Below, piece after piece: positions 46,581 through 55,694 of a stretch of 64,000 bases of DNA. The stretch's first letter is position 1. Each line of letters begins with the position of its first letter. Position numbers and translations under genes: made by a program. Under the pieces are notes generated by a model. That model worked only from the letters and a program-made list of their open reading frames with translations. It was not told the origin of the DNA and searched no databases. The DNA is from Smithella sp. (lineage in GTDB: Bacteria > Desulfobacterota > Syntrophia > Syntrophales > Smithellaceae), in NCBI GenBank assembly GCA_052139735.1, contig JBKQWB010000019.1:11162-75161 (forward strand). The letters are read 5' to 3'.

Positions 46581-47723
46581 TCATTTATGAAAAAATTCCC
46601 TTATCTTTTCCGCAACGAAGCATATCTGTCCTTCGGTGATTGTCGGGAACATCGGCAATGTTACTTCATGTTGTCCAACATATTCTGTAAGCGGCAGATC
46701 CTGTTTTACATTAAAATTTTTGTAAAAACTGAATTGATGAATCGGAGGGTAATGGATGCTTGTTTGAATACCATTTTGCCGAAGATAAGTCATCAAACCA
46801 TTCCTGTTAACGCTTTTGTCTAAAAGAATGGGGAATATGTGATAGTTTGTCTGGTCGGCCTTGCCGGTAAAAGGAATCTTTATTTGATCAATTTTACTTA
46901 ATTCTTTTTTATAGATTCCGGCTGCTTTTAGACGTAAATTGTTGCCATCAAATAGTTTTTTTAATTGAACTCTTGCCAGGGCAGCGTGAATTTCATCAAT
47001 ACGATAGTTATATCCGAGGGAGACGACGTCATAGCTATAGGCGTGTCCTTTATGACGATCCAGTGTCAGACTGGTCATGCCATGCGACCTCATCAGCCTG
47101 ATCTTTTTGGCGTATTCGTCAGAATTAGTGCAGATCATGCCGCCTTCTCCGGTGGAAATATTTTTGTTGGAGAAAAATGAAAAGCATGAAAGATCGCCCA
47201 GAGAACCTAAACGCATATCTTTATAAGTAGCGCCGGGAGCGTGAGCCGCGTCTTCGATGACAAAAAGAGAATGCCTGGCTGCAATGCGCATGGTCTCATC
47301 CATATCGCAGGCAAAGCCTCCGTAATGCATAACAATAATCGCTTTTGTTCTATCGGATATTTTTTTTTCAATATCTTCCGGAGATATTGTCCAGTCATTC
47401 AAAGATTTAATATCGGCGAAAACAGGTTTTCCTCCCGCATAAAAAATCGAATTCGATGTAGCGACAAAGCTAAGGGAAGGGCAGATGACTTCGTCTCCCT
47501 GTTTAACGCCAACGGCAAGGTTGGCCAGATGTAAGGCTGTTGTGCAATTGCTGAGGGCTATCGCATGTTTTACTCCGCAAAATTCCGCAAACTCTTTCTC
47601 CAATGCCTCCGTTTCCGGCCCCATGGTTAACCATTTGCTGCGTAAAACACGCAGCACGGCTTCCTCTTCTTCCTGTCCATAGTTGAGATCGAAAAGAGGT
47701 ATCACTGGATTGTGTCCGCTCAT
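46581..47723 (-). CDS. DegT/DnrJ/EryC1/StrS-family PLP-dependent sugar aminotransferase (WbpE-like)
   Basis: Contains EFAEFCGVKHAIALSNCTTALHLA, DAAHAPGA and FSFFSNKNISTGEGG (PLP lysine). Confidence 0.9.
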   Translation of the reverse strand: MSGHNPVIPLFDLNYGQEEEEAVLRVLRSKWLTMGPETEALEKEFAEFCGVKHAIALSNCTTALHLANLAVGVKQGDEVICPSLSFVATSNSIFYAGGKPVFADIKSLNDWTISPEDIEKKISDRTKAIIVMHYGGFACDMDETMRIAARHSLFVIEDAAHAPGATYKDMRLGSLGDLSCFSFFSNKNISTGEGGMICTNSDEYAKKIRLMRSHGMTSLTLDRHKGHAYSYDVVSLGYNYRIDEIHAALARVQLKKLFDGNNLRLKAAGIYKKELSKIDQIKIPFTGKADQTNYHIFPILLDKSVNRNGLMTYLRQNGIQTSIHYPPIHQFSFYKNFNVKQDLPLTEYVGQHEVTLPMFPTITEGQICFVAEKIREFFHK

Positions 47724-48418
47724 AAAACATCCTTCATTTTCTCGAAATCATCAATGGCCTGTTCATAATCTTCCGGACGGCCAATATCCATCCAGTATCC
47801 GTCATAGGCATGACAATGGATGGACATGTTGTGAGATAAAAGTTTCTGGACTAAATCGGGAAAATCAAACCGGCCTTTTGCCGGAATAAGAGGCAAAACC
47901 CTGCGGGAAAGAATATAAATTCCCATGCTGACATTAAAAGCAAAGGATGGTTTCTCCCGAAACCTGGTTAATCTTCCATCTTTTGAGTATTCTAAAGTTC
48001 CGTAATTTACGTTTTGTATTCGTTTATGGGTTGCAATGGTTAAGTCGGCTTTTTTATTTTTATGAATTGCAAAAAGTTTTTTTAAGGACAAATCCGTTAG
48101 AATATCTCCATTCATCATTAAGAAATCATTTTCAAGATTATTAATGTGCCTGATCGGCGCGGCCGTGCCCAATGGCTCTTTTTCAATGTAATATTCGATC
48201 GGTATCTTCCATTTTTCGCCGTTGCCGAAAAAGGCGACAAAAAGATCATGCTGATGTCCGATAGCCATCGTAATTTTCTTAAATCCGTTTTTCTTTAACT
48301 GTTTAACAACGACTTCCAAAATCGGACAGTCGCCGATGGGCATGAGCGGTTTGGGCAAAACAGTCGTGTAAGGTTTTAATCTTGTGCCTTTCCCTCCAGC
48401 CAGAATAATCGCCTGCAT
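47720..48418 (-). CDS. Sugar-phosphate nucleotidyltransferase
   Basis: N-terminal MQAIILAGGKGTRLKPYT signature. 232 aa. Confidence 0.85.
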   Translation of the reverse strand: MQAIILAGGKGTRLKPYTTVLPKPLMPIGDCPILEVVVKQLKKNGFKKITMAIGHQHDLFVAFFGNGEKWKIPIEYYIEKEPLGTAAPIRHINNLENDFLMMNGDILTDLSLKKLFAIHKNKKADLTIATHKRIQNVNYGTLEYSKDGRLTRFREKPSFAFNVSMGIYILSRRVLPLIPAKGRFDFPDLVQKLLSHNMSIHCHAYDGYWMDIGRPEDYEQAIDDFEKMKDVL

Positions 48419-48425
48419 AATTCAC

Positions 48426-49406
48426 CTATTTAATGTAAATATCTGTTTTGTAATGATGTAGATTGTCTTTGATCCAGTCAATAGTTTGTTCGAGCCCCTG
48501 CCGCAAAGTAAATTGCGGTTGCCATTTTGTGTTTTGCACAAGTCTGCTATTATCGCAATAAAGTCTTTCGACTTCACTTTGTTTAGGCCGTTGACGGTCT
48601 TTCGACAGATGAAAGTTAATTTTTACCCGGCATATATCGGCTATTTCCAGAGCAAGATTTTTTATGGATATTTCAAATCCGGAGCCGATATTAGTGACGG
48701 AGCCGTTGAGTTTTTTGAAGCGGGAAATTTTAATCATGCCTTCCACGGTATCCGCAACAAACGTCATGTCCCTTGTGGGAGAAAGATTACCCAGATTTAA
48801 TTTCCGGGTACCGGCCAGAATCTGGCCGGCAATTGTGGGAATGATCGCTCTTGATGATTGGCGTGGGCCGAAAGTATTGAAAGGCCGGGCGATTTTAACA
48901 GGCAAGCCAAAAGATAGCCAGTAACTGAACGCCAGTTGATCGGCGGCAATTTTCGACGCGGAGTAGGGAGATTGTCCAACCAGAGGATGTTTTTCTGTGA
49001 TCGGTACGAATTGCGCGGTTCCATAGGTTTCGCTTGTGGATGTGACAATAAGATTGTCGATATTTAAATCGCGTGCATTTTCCAGCACATTATAGGTTCC
49101 TTCAATATTTGTTTTAACATAGGCCAGCGGTGAATCGTAGGAATAGGGTATGCCGATCAATGCGGCCAGATGGAAAACTTCCCGGCAGCCTTTCATAGCA
49201 CGACGGACTGAATCGAAATCTCTTATATCGCCGCTGAATATTTCCATATCCTTTATGCGCGGAGAATTTTCCAACCATCCCCAATGGCTGGCGGAATTAT
49301 AGCGGACAAACGCCCGGACGTCATATCCCAGTTGGGTGAGTCTTTCCGCCAGATGGCTGCCGATGAATCCCCCTGCGCCTGTAACCAGTATTTTTTTTGC
49401 GCTCAT
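48426..49406 (-). CDS. NAD-dependent sugar epimerase/dehydratase (extended SDR)
   Basis: VTGAGGFIGSHL Rossmann motif. The catalytic YSASK follows STSETYG. Confidence 0.9.
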   Translation of the reverse strand: MSAKKILVTGAGGFIGSHLAERLTQLGYDVRAFVRYNSASHWGWLENSPRIKDMEIFSGDIRDFDSVRRAMKGCREVFHLAALIGIPYSYDSPLAYVKTNIEGTYNVLENARDLNIDNLIVTSTSETYGTAQFVPITEKHPLVGQSPYSASKIAADQLAFSYWLSFGLPVKIARPFNTFGPRQSSRAIIPTIAGQILAGTRKLNLGNLSPTRDMTFVADTVEGMIKISRFKKLNGSVTNIGSGFEISIKNLALEIADICRVKINFHLSKDRQRPKQSEVERLYCDNSRLVQNTKWQPQFTLRQGLEQTIDWIKDNLHHYKTDIYIK

Positions 49407-50569
49407 GTCTTTTGCTGAAACTCCTTTATTTTTTCATAAATCATTTTCGCGCCGGATTCGACAGACAGGATGGATGCCAACGCTTCATATCTCGCTTTAT
49501 CATAAAACGAGTCCCGCATATTTGAATCGCTCATGGAAACCAAAGCTTCCGCAAGTTTATCATAATCTTCCGATGGAATAATATAGCCTAATTTATACTT
49601 TTGAGCAAGAAATCCCATGTCTCCCACACTGGTTAAAATCAAAGGTTTCTTAGCAGTTACGGCTTCCAGCATTATCATGGGGATGCTTTCCGAGCGCGAC
49701 GGTATAACCGCGCAATCCACTTTTTGCAACAGATATGTAACGTCTCCATCTTCGAGTTGCCCGGTTAATATCACATCATTTTGGAGGGAAAAACTTTCGA
49801 TGAGCCTTTTGACGTTATCCAATTCCTCGCCGGACCCTACAAGATAACAGCGAAACACAATTCCCTTACGACGCAGTATATCGCAGGCTTTAATAAGAAT
49901 GTCCTGTCCTTTGACAGGATGAAGACGGCCAACGCAACAGAAAGTAAAGCGATTTGAATCATCAGGAAAAGAGAAATCCGATCTTTTGTTTCCCATATAT
50001 CTTGCGGTTGCCGCGAAATGACATGATTTACCTCCGGACAGGGCCGAAGTCCTAGCGCATAAATCAAATCCATCGGCAAAAAGAAGAGAACTGTTTTTCG
50101 CGACATGTTTGATAATAGGCTTTATTAAAGCATTCTGAGCTGCCTGGTAGACATCTGAGCCTAAAGCGCGACAACAGTATGGTGTCTTTGTCGCAATAGA
50201 TAATAATCGCGCGAGGAATCCTGCCGGAATCAGCCATTCGGCAAACAGGATGTCAGGCTTCCACTGGCCGCATATGGATCGGCCTGTCTTGAAACCGTGG
50301 AGAAAATATTGAAGCGCAAGAAAAAGTCCGCGTAGTCCCTGATTTTTAAACAACGAGACAAGAGGCGTATCGCCTCCGTGCCATCCAAAATATGTCACCT
50401 GGCAGCCGGGCCATAATACTTCATGATACGTCTCGTGGGAGTCGCAGTTTTGAGTTAAAACATGTATATCTACGCCCTGATTATTTAAAATGCGGATTGT
50501 ATCGGGAATAAACACACCGCTGATTCGTCCGAATCGGGGGAAACTGCTCGTCAACAGCAGCATCTTCAT
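49403..50569 (-). CDS. Glycosyltransferase family 4 (GT-B)
   Basis: 388 aa. The C-terminal [27 protein letters not shown] is the E-x7-E-like region. Confidence 0.8.
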   Translation of the reverse strand: MKMLLLTSSFPRFGRISGVFIPDTIRILNNQGVDIHVLTQNCDSHETYHEVLWPGCQVTYFGWHGGDTPLVSLFKNQGLRGLFLALQYFLHGFKTGRSICGQWKPDILFAEWLIPAGFLARLLSIATKTPYCCRALGSDVYQAAQNALIKPIIKHVAKNSSLLFADGFDLCARTSALSGGKSCHFAATARYMGNKRSDFSFPDDSNRFTFCCVGRLHPVKGQDILIKACDILRRKGIVFRCYLVGSGEELDNVKRLIESFSLQNDVILTGQLEDGDVTYLLQKVDCAVIPSRSESIPMIMLEAVTAKKPLILTSVGDMGFLAQKYKLGYIIPSEDYDKLAEALVSMSDSNMRDSFYDKARYEALASILSVESGAKMIYEKIKEFQQKT

Positions 50570-52158
50570 TTTATTTTACCCAGTGTTTTTTTATTGTTTA
50601 ATTTATAACGGCTGCCGCATTGCGGGCACTGGAATCGATTATTGAGTTGATAACCGCAGGCGCAGATCCAGCCTTTTTGGATTGCGGGATTGCCTATCAT
50701 TAAAGCGTGATCCGGGACATCTTTTGTCACAACGGCGCCGGCGGCGATAAAGGCATAACTTCCGATGGTATGTCCGCAGACTACAGTTGAATTGGCGCCG
50801 AGTGACGCTCCTTTCTTAATTAATGTGGGTCTGATCTCATCCATCCGGCGGATTTCGGAGCGCGGATTAATCACATTGGTGAAAACGACCGAGGGCCCGC
50901 AAAACACAAAATCTTCCAGAGTCACGCCATTATATACGGAAACATTATTCTGGATTTTGCAGCCGTTACCAACGGCAGCGTTGGGGCCGATGACAACATT
51001 CTGACCGATTGAGCAGTTTTTACCGATATGGGAACCGGAAATTATGTGTGAATAATGCCATATCTTCGTTCCCGCGCCGATTTCCACGTCATCGTCAATT
51101 TCCGACGTTGGATGAATTGAAATAGAATTATCATCATCAGTTTTATGAAGAGCGCTGTTTTTTAGCCTAATTCTGGAACCGTTTTCATTTAAAGAATGTT
51201 GTGCGGCATTGAGAACTTTAAGCACTTGCAACCCTTCTCTGCCATCCGTTATGGGTCGTTTTTCCCCCGCGATGCAATCGAGAAAATGCTGGCACTCCAC
51301 TTTCAGCGGTTCGGCGTAAGAAATCAAAACGCGCTCGGGAACTCCGCGGGACGGCACGGGAAGATTATTTTCCCAGTTGACGTGATGAGGATAGATGAGC
51401 AATTTATCCTCCCATGGAAGCGTATCGTCGAAAACGGCCATTTTCTGATCTCCGACGACAACCAGTTTTTGATCTTTAAAAGGATGAAGCCAGGAAACAA
51501 AAACATGCGCCTTGAGGCCGGAAGAAAATTCCAGATGGGTTGTGGTGACATCCGCGATTTTTTTGTGCAGGTAATATCCGCCGGTGGCCAGGACACTTTC
51601 CGGTTCTTCACCCGCAAGAGCAAGAATCATTGATATATCATGGGGTGCAAACGACCATAAAATGTTTTCTTCTCTTCTGATTTTTCCGAGATTGAGCCTG
51701 TGGGAATAAATATAGTTGATGCGTCCCAATTCCCCGGCGGTTGCCATTTGCTTTATTTTAACAAAAGCAGGATGATACTGGAGAAGGTGTCCCACCATCA
51801 ATATCAGCTTATGTTTTGCCGCCAGAGCGATCAGTTCTTCGGCGTCTTTTTCAGTCAGCGTCATCGGTTTTTCCACAAAAACATGCTTGCCGGACATAAG
51901 GGCTTCCCTCGCCAGCAGGAAATGAGTTTCCGCGGGTGTGGCGATGACGATTCCATCAATGTCTTTGCGGGAAATTACATCTTTTAAAGAAATGCAAGTT
52001 TCACAGGAAGGATAGAGTTCTTTGATCTGTTTCAAGGCAGATGAATTCTTGTCACCGACGGCTTTTAAAGAACCCAGTTCAAAAAAGTTGCGGATTAAAT
52101 TTTTCCCCCAATAACCCGCGCCGATAACGGCAATATTTGATTTTATTTTTTTTGTCAT
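50566..52158 (-). CDS. Fusion protein: Gfo/Idh/MocA sugar oxidoreductase (WbpB-like) + hexapeptide N-acetyltransferase (WbpD-like) + C-terminal zinc ribbon
   Basis: N-terminal [13 protein letters not shown] Rossmann. The middle has LbH repeats ([34 protein letters not shown]). The C-terminus is CACGYQ...CPQCGSRY. Confidence 0.85.
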   Translation of the reverse strand: MTKKIKSNIAVIGAGYWGKNLIRNFFELGSLKAVGDKNSSALKQIKELYPSCETCISLKDVISRKDIDGIVIATPAETHFLLAREALMSGKHVFVEKPMTLTEKDAEELIALAAKHKLILMVGHLLQYHPAFVKIKQMATAGELGRINYIYSHRLNLGKIRREENILWSFAPHDISMILALAGEEPESVLATGGYYLHKKIADVTTTHLEFSSGLKAHVFVSWLHPFKDQKLVVVGDQKMAVFDDTLPWEDKLLIYPHHVNWENNLPVPSRGVPERVLISYAEPLKVECQHFLDCIAGEKRPITDGREGLQVLKVLNAAQHSLNENGSRIRLKNSALHKTDDDNSISIHPTSEIDDDVEIGAGTKIWHYSHIISGSHIGKNCSIGQNVVIGPNAAVGNGCKIQNNVSVYNGVTLEDFVFCGPSVVFTNVINPRSEIRRMDEIRPTLIKKGASLGANSTVVCGHTIGSYAFIAAGAVVTKDVPDHALMIGNPAIQKGWICACGYQLNNRFQCPQCGSRYKLNNKKTLGKIK

Positions 52159-52182
52159 TTTAAGCTCTTCCCTCAGGCGTGT

Positions 52183-53433
52183 TTAAGATTTATAAAGGCG
52201 TTCGTTATCCTGAATATCCATCCACATGGCAAATAGCAGCGACTGAAAGCTGCTGGTAAACAGAAAGAAAAAAGCAAGCATGGTTGCCGGTGAAACAGAA
52301 CCGCCGGAGATCATTATTGACATTATTTTGCAAGCGTAAGGTATTGTAAAAATGCCTATGAAAAAGGAAAAATGATAAAGCAAAAAAAGCGGATGAAAGT
52401 CACGAAAAAGATACTTAATCCACAGTCTTTTGAAAAAAGACTTAAAAAGCAGCCATGAAATGCGGGGAATAACCTTATGCACTTTCATTTTGGATGTTTC
52501 GCCTATGTTATAAACCGGTTTTATTTTAACTTCCTTCAGGGTGCAGAAGGCGATATTTAATTTTACGAGCATATCATTGGGCATGCCATATCTGGGATAA
52601 ATATCATGAATCGTAATCGCGCTTAAAGCGGAAAGAGAAATTGCGGTATAACCGGTTTGAGTGTCGGAAACGTGCCAGTAACCGGAAGCAATTTTGGTCA
52701 ATATGGACAAAATTGAATTACCGAAGAATCGGGTTTTAGGCATAATAAGCCGTGCGCCGCCGTGAATAAGACGATTGCCTTTTACATAATCAATGTCTTC
52801 GGTGAGAATAGGGGTGCATATGGATTCCAATTCCGCCGGGTCCATTTGACCATCACCTGCCATTACGGCAGTACAATCGATGCTGTGATCCAGGCACCAT
52901 TTGTAGCCACGGGCGATTGCCGCACCCACACCGCCGTTTTTAATATTATTGATTAGAATTACTCGATCAGAATCAGGGCTTAAATTGGCTATTTCTGAAG
53001 GAATATAAAATCCCATGTCCGTTTGCTGTTTTTCTTTGAGCAGATTTTCCGCGCGGTTATATTTGTTGTCGTAAATATTGCCGGCATTATTATTAATAAT
53101 TGATTGAACAGGCTTTTGTTTGTTAATATAATCAATTGCTTTGGCGGCTGTATTATCGCTGGAACAATCGTTGACAACAATAATGCGATCAACAAAATCA
53201 GGCATTGTTTCCAAAACCTGTCTGATTTGTTTCTCTTCATTATACGCGGGAACGACAACGGCAACGGTTTTATTAAATAACATCAAAACGGCTCCAATTT
53301 TCTGGCGTGTTTGCAACTTACTATTTTTATGATCATTTGTCCAAATTAATTTCATTATAACATTATAAATTACTTGATATTCAATGGCATGGGTAGTATT
53401 ATTAAGTACATATTCCAAAGGCGGGCGCGGCAT
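52183..53433 (-). CDS. Glycosyltransferase family 2 with C-terminal TM helices (start uncertain)
   Basis: Contains VVVPAYNEE, VVNDCSSDNT and MAGDGQMDP (DxD-type). The likely true start is M at 53283 (MLFNKTVAVVVPAYNE). Confidence 0.85.
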   Translation of the reverse strand: MPRPPLEYVLNNTTHAIEYQVIYNVIMKLIWTNDHKNSKLQTRQKIGAVLMLFNKTVAVVVPAYNEEKQIRQVLETMPDFVDRIIVVNDCSSDNTAAKAIDYINKQKPVQSIINNNAGNIYDNKYNRAENLLKEKQQTDMGFYIPSEIANLSPDSDRVILINNIKNGGVGAAIARGYKWCLDHSIDCTAVMAGDGQMDPAELESICTPILTEDIDYVKGNRLIHGGARLIMPKTRFFGNSILSILTKIASGYWHVSDTQTGYTAISLSALSAITIHDIYPRYGMPNDMLVKLNIAFCTLKEVKIKPVYNIGETSKMKVHKVIPRISWLLFKSFFKRLWIKYLFRDFHPLFLLYHFSFFIGIFTIPYACKIMSIMISGGSVSPATMLAFFFLFTSSFQSLLFAMWMDIQDNERLYKS

Positions 53434-53727
53434 ATCATCAAAGATCGGAAAATAAGCTCTTGCCTGTTACAGGCGCCATATGAACTTAAGAAACCTTTGG
53501 AATATGAAATATCGTCAAAATTATCCTTCAGAAGAGATAACTGAAGCTACCGGTAAATCTTTCAACGGGGCAAAAATGAGCATTTGCCGGTAATCGGGGT
53601 CTCTGAAAAAAATGATGAAAAATTAAATATTTTGTAATTTTTTTTCAAAAAAGTTGTATAATAACGTACAAAGAAGGTATATTTCGATTGCCCTTGCTTC
53701 TCCAGAGAATGGGGGTTAAGACCGGTT

Positions 53728-54201
53728 ATGATAAAAAGAAGACAAATCGTTAAAAGTAGACTGCAAGATAACAGTGGTTTCACTCTGATCGAGGTTATTT
53801 CCGTTCTGATCATTCTCGCCATTATAGCTGCCGTCGCTGTCACTCGCGGCATGTCCACACAGAATGATCTTATTCCTCAGGCAGATATTGTGAAAACGCA
53901 CCTGAGATTTGCCCAGATGAAGGCGTTAAATGATGATGTCAATATATGGAGTATGGCTTTTACATCCAATTCCTATACACTGTCATGCACGGGTTCAAAC
54001 TGTCCTTCATCGACAATACAACTGCCGTCTGAAAGTTCCAACACTCATAATTTTCCCAGTGATGTCACGGTAAATCCGGCAATAACGATTACTTTCGATA
54101 GATGGGGGAGTCCCGGTGGGAGCGACGCGGTCGTTAATCTCCAGGGCAGTCAGACAATTGCCATTACTGTTGGTGCAAATACAGGATATATTACACCATG
54201 A
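53728..54201 (+). CDS. Prepilin-type minor pilin/pseudopilin (GspH/FimT-like)
   Basis: N-terminal cleavage/methylation motif SG/FTLIEVISVLIILAIIAAVAV. Confidence 0.8.
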   Translation: MIKRRQIVKSRLQDNSGFTLIEVISVLIILAIIAAVAVTRGMSTQNDLIPQADIVKTHLRFAQMKALNDDVNIWSMAFTSNSYTLSCTGSNCPSSTIQLPSESSNTHNFPSDVTVNPAITITFDRWGSPGGSDAVVNLQGSQTIAITVGANTGYITP

Positions 54202-55118
54202 AAACGGAAAAATTATTTTTTGAATACGGGTTCACCTTGATAGAAGTGATCATTAGCCTTGTTGTGGTCGCGATTGTCGCATCCATGATGGCCGTATATT
54301 TCGGAACATCATATACTCAAAGCTCTGTGCCCATTTCCAGACTAATGGCGGCAGGAAATCTAAACCAGATCATGGAGAAAATAACTGGCGACTATAATAA
54401 TGCTCCTACGACATGGAGTCCGGGCACTGCATACTCGTTAAGCAGCAGCACAGATCCGCCCACTGTCGTTCTTCCCACGGAAGCCAATAGAAACGGATAT
54501 CAGTATATTAACACAGGCGCCGCCGGAACAAGCGGCGCCACTGAACCGCCATGGCCTACAACGGTCGGTTCTTCGGTTCCCGATGGCAGTGTTACATGGA
54601 CTTTAAGCGGCGCTACACCGCCAAATCTTTGGGCAATAAGTACGCCATATGCCGTAAATGCCGTAATTTATCCTGCTGTTAATCCTGGCAATGGGTATCA
54701 ATATATTTGTACCGTCGGCGGAATAAGCGGTACCACTCAACCGTCGTGGCCTACAACGATAGGCTCAACAGTTACCGAAACCTCGGGGTCTACCCCCCCG
54801 GTACAATGGCAATGTTACGGCCACCAGCCTTTGGTGGCCTTACAGACCAAAATCGGCGCGGAAGTAACGGGAGGGCAGGACTATACCCAGACCTTTAACG
54901 GTGTTTCAATAAGCTATCGCGTTATTCAGAACAGGTTCATTACATTCGATACGACCAACACGGAAAATGACAGTTGTACGCCGAGTTCATGTAACATGTT
55001 AATAAATGGAGTTCCTACTAATGTGTATGGGACATATCTCAAGGTCACCATTGGGTTGCCAATGGCAGCATCACCCAGAACTGCTGATACGTTGACGACT
55101 TTATTTGTAAGGCGGTGA
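54198..55118 (+). CDS. Prepilin-type minor pilin with two internal WPTT-type repeats
   Basis: YG/FTLIEVIISLVVVAIVAS. The repeats are NGYQYINTGAAGTSGATEPPWPTTVGSSVPDGSVTW and NGYQYICTVGGISGTTQPSWPTTIGSTVTE...VQW. Overlaps the upstream stop. Confidence 0.8.
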   Translation: MKTEKLFFEYGFTLIEVIISLVVVAIVASMMAVYFGTSYTQSSVPISRLMAAGNLNQIMEKITGDYNNAPTTWSPGTAYSLSSSTDPPTVVLPTEANRNGYQYINTGAAGTSGATEPPWPTTVGSSVPDGSVTWTLSGATPPNLWAISTPYAVNAVIYPAVNPGNGYQYICTVGGISGTTQPSWPTTIGSTVTETSGSTPPVQWQCYGHQPLVALQTKIGAEVTGGQDYTQTFNGVSISYRVIQNRFITFDTTNTENDSCTPSSCNMLINGVPTNVYGTYLKVTIGLPMAASPRTADTLTTLFVRR

Positions 55119-55121
55119 GGA

Positions 55122-55676
55122 ATGTTTCGTAAAATTACCAGGCGCCTTTCCGATGAAAAGGCGTTCACACTGATCGAAGTGATTGTCTCCCTGGTCCTGG
55201 TTGGCATTATTGCTGCGGTTGCCGGACTCGGTTTAGTTAGAGTCAGTCAAGGGTATGTCTTTGCAAAACAAAACTCGGAAACCATGCAGAAAATTCAGGT
55301 CGCCATGAATAGAATTGTCAAGGAACTGGCCGCGGCACAAGCAACCAGCACGTCAATAGCCATAACAGCAGCAGGGACAACGTCTGTCAGTTACACAAGA
55401 CCGGCATCTATTGGTTCAAACACATTTGTAACAAATACAATATCTATTTCCGGTACTCTGGTCCAAATAAGCGGAAATACCAGCGGAACCATCATTAACA
55501 ATGTTGTATCCAACTCCTCCTCTTTTGCTTATTTTGATACCAATGGAGCAGCCTTACCTGCGCCTGTCGCCGCAGTGGCCAGAATCCGGCGGATTGATAT
55601 CACCCTAAGTGTAACTGGCGCAGACAATTTAACATCCCAGTTTACAAATAGCGTGTGGATAAATGAATCTTATTAG
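55122..55676 (+). CDS. Prepilin-type minor pilin (PilW/GspJ-like)
   Basis: KA/FTLIEVIVSLVLVGIIAAVAG. Confidence 0.8.
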   Translation: MFRKITRRLSDEKAFTLIEVIVSLVLVGIIAAVAGLGLVRVSQGYVFAKQNSETMQKIQVAMNRIVKELAAAQATSTSIAITAAGTTSVSYTRPASIGSNTFVTNTISISGTLVQISGNTSGTIINNVVSNSSSFAYFDTNGAALPAPVAAVARIRRIDITLSVTGADNLTSQFTNSVWINESY

Positions 55677-55694
55677 CAATTAAGGGAGAATAAT

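Noticed and set aside
53434-53727. Promoter for the minor-pilin operon (TATAAT at 53657-53662) and a 37-codon ORF at about 53480
   Set aside because: The -10 hexamer has no acceptable -35 partner at 16-18 nt. The short ORF lacks an RBS and any recognisable features. The evidence is too weak to list as features.
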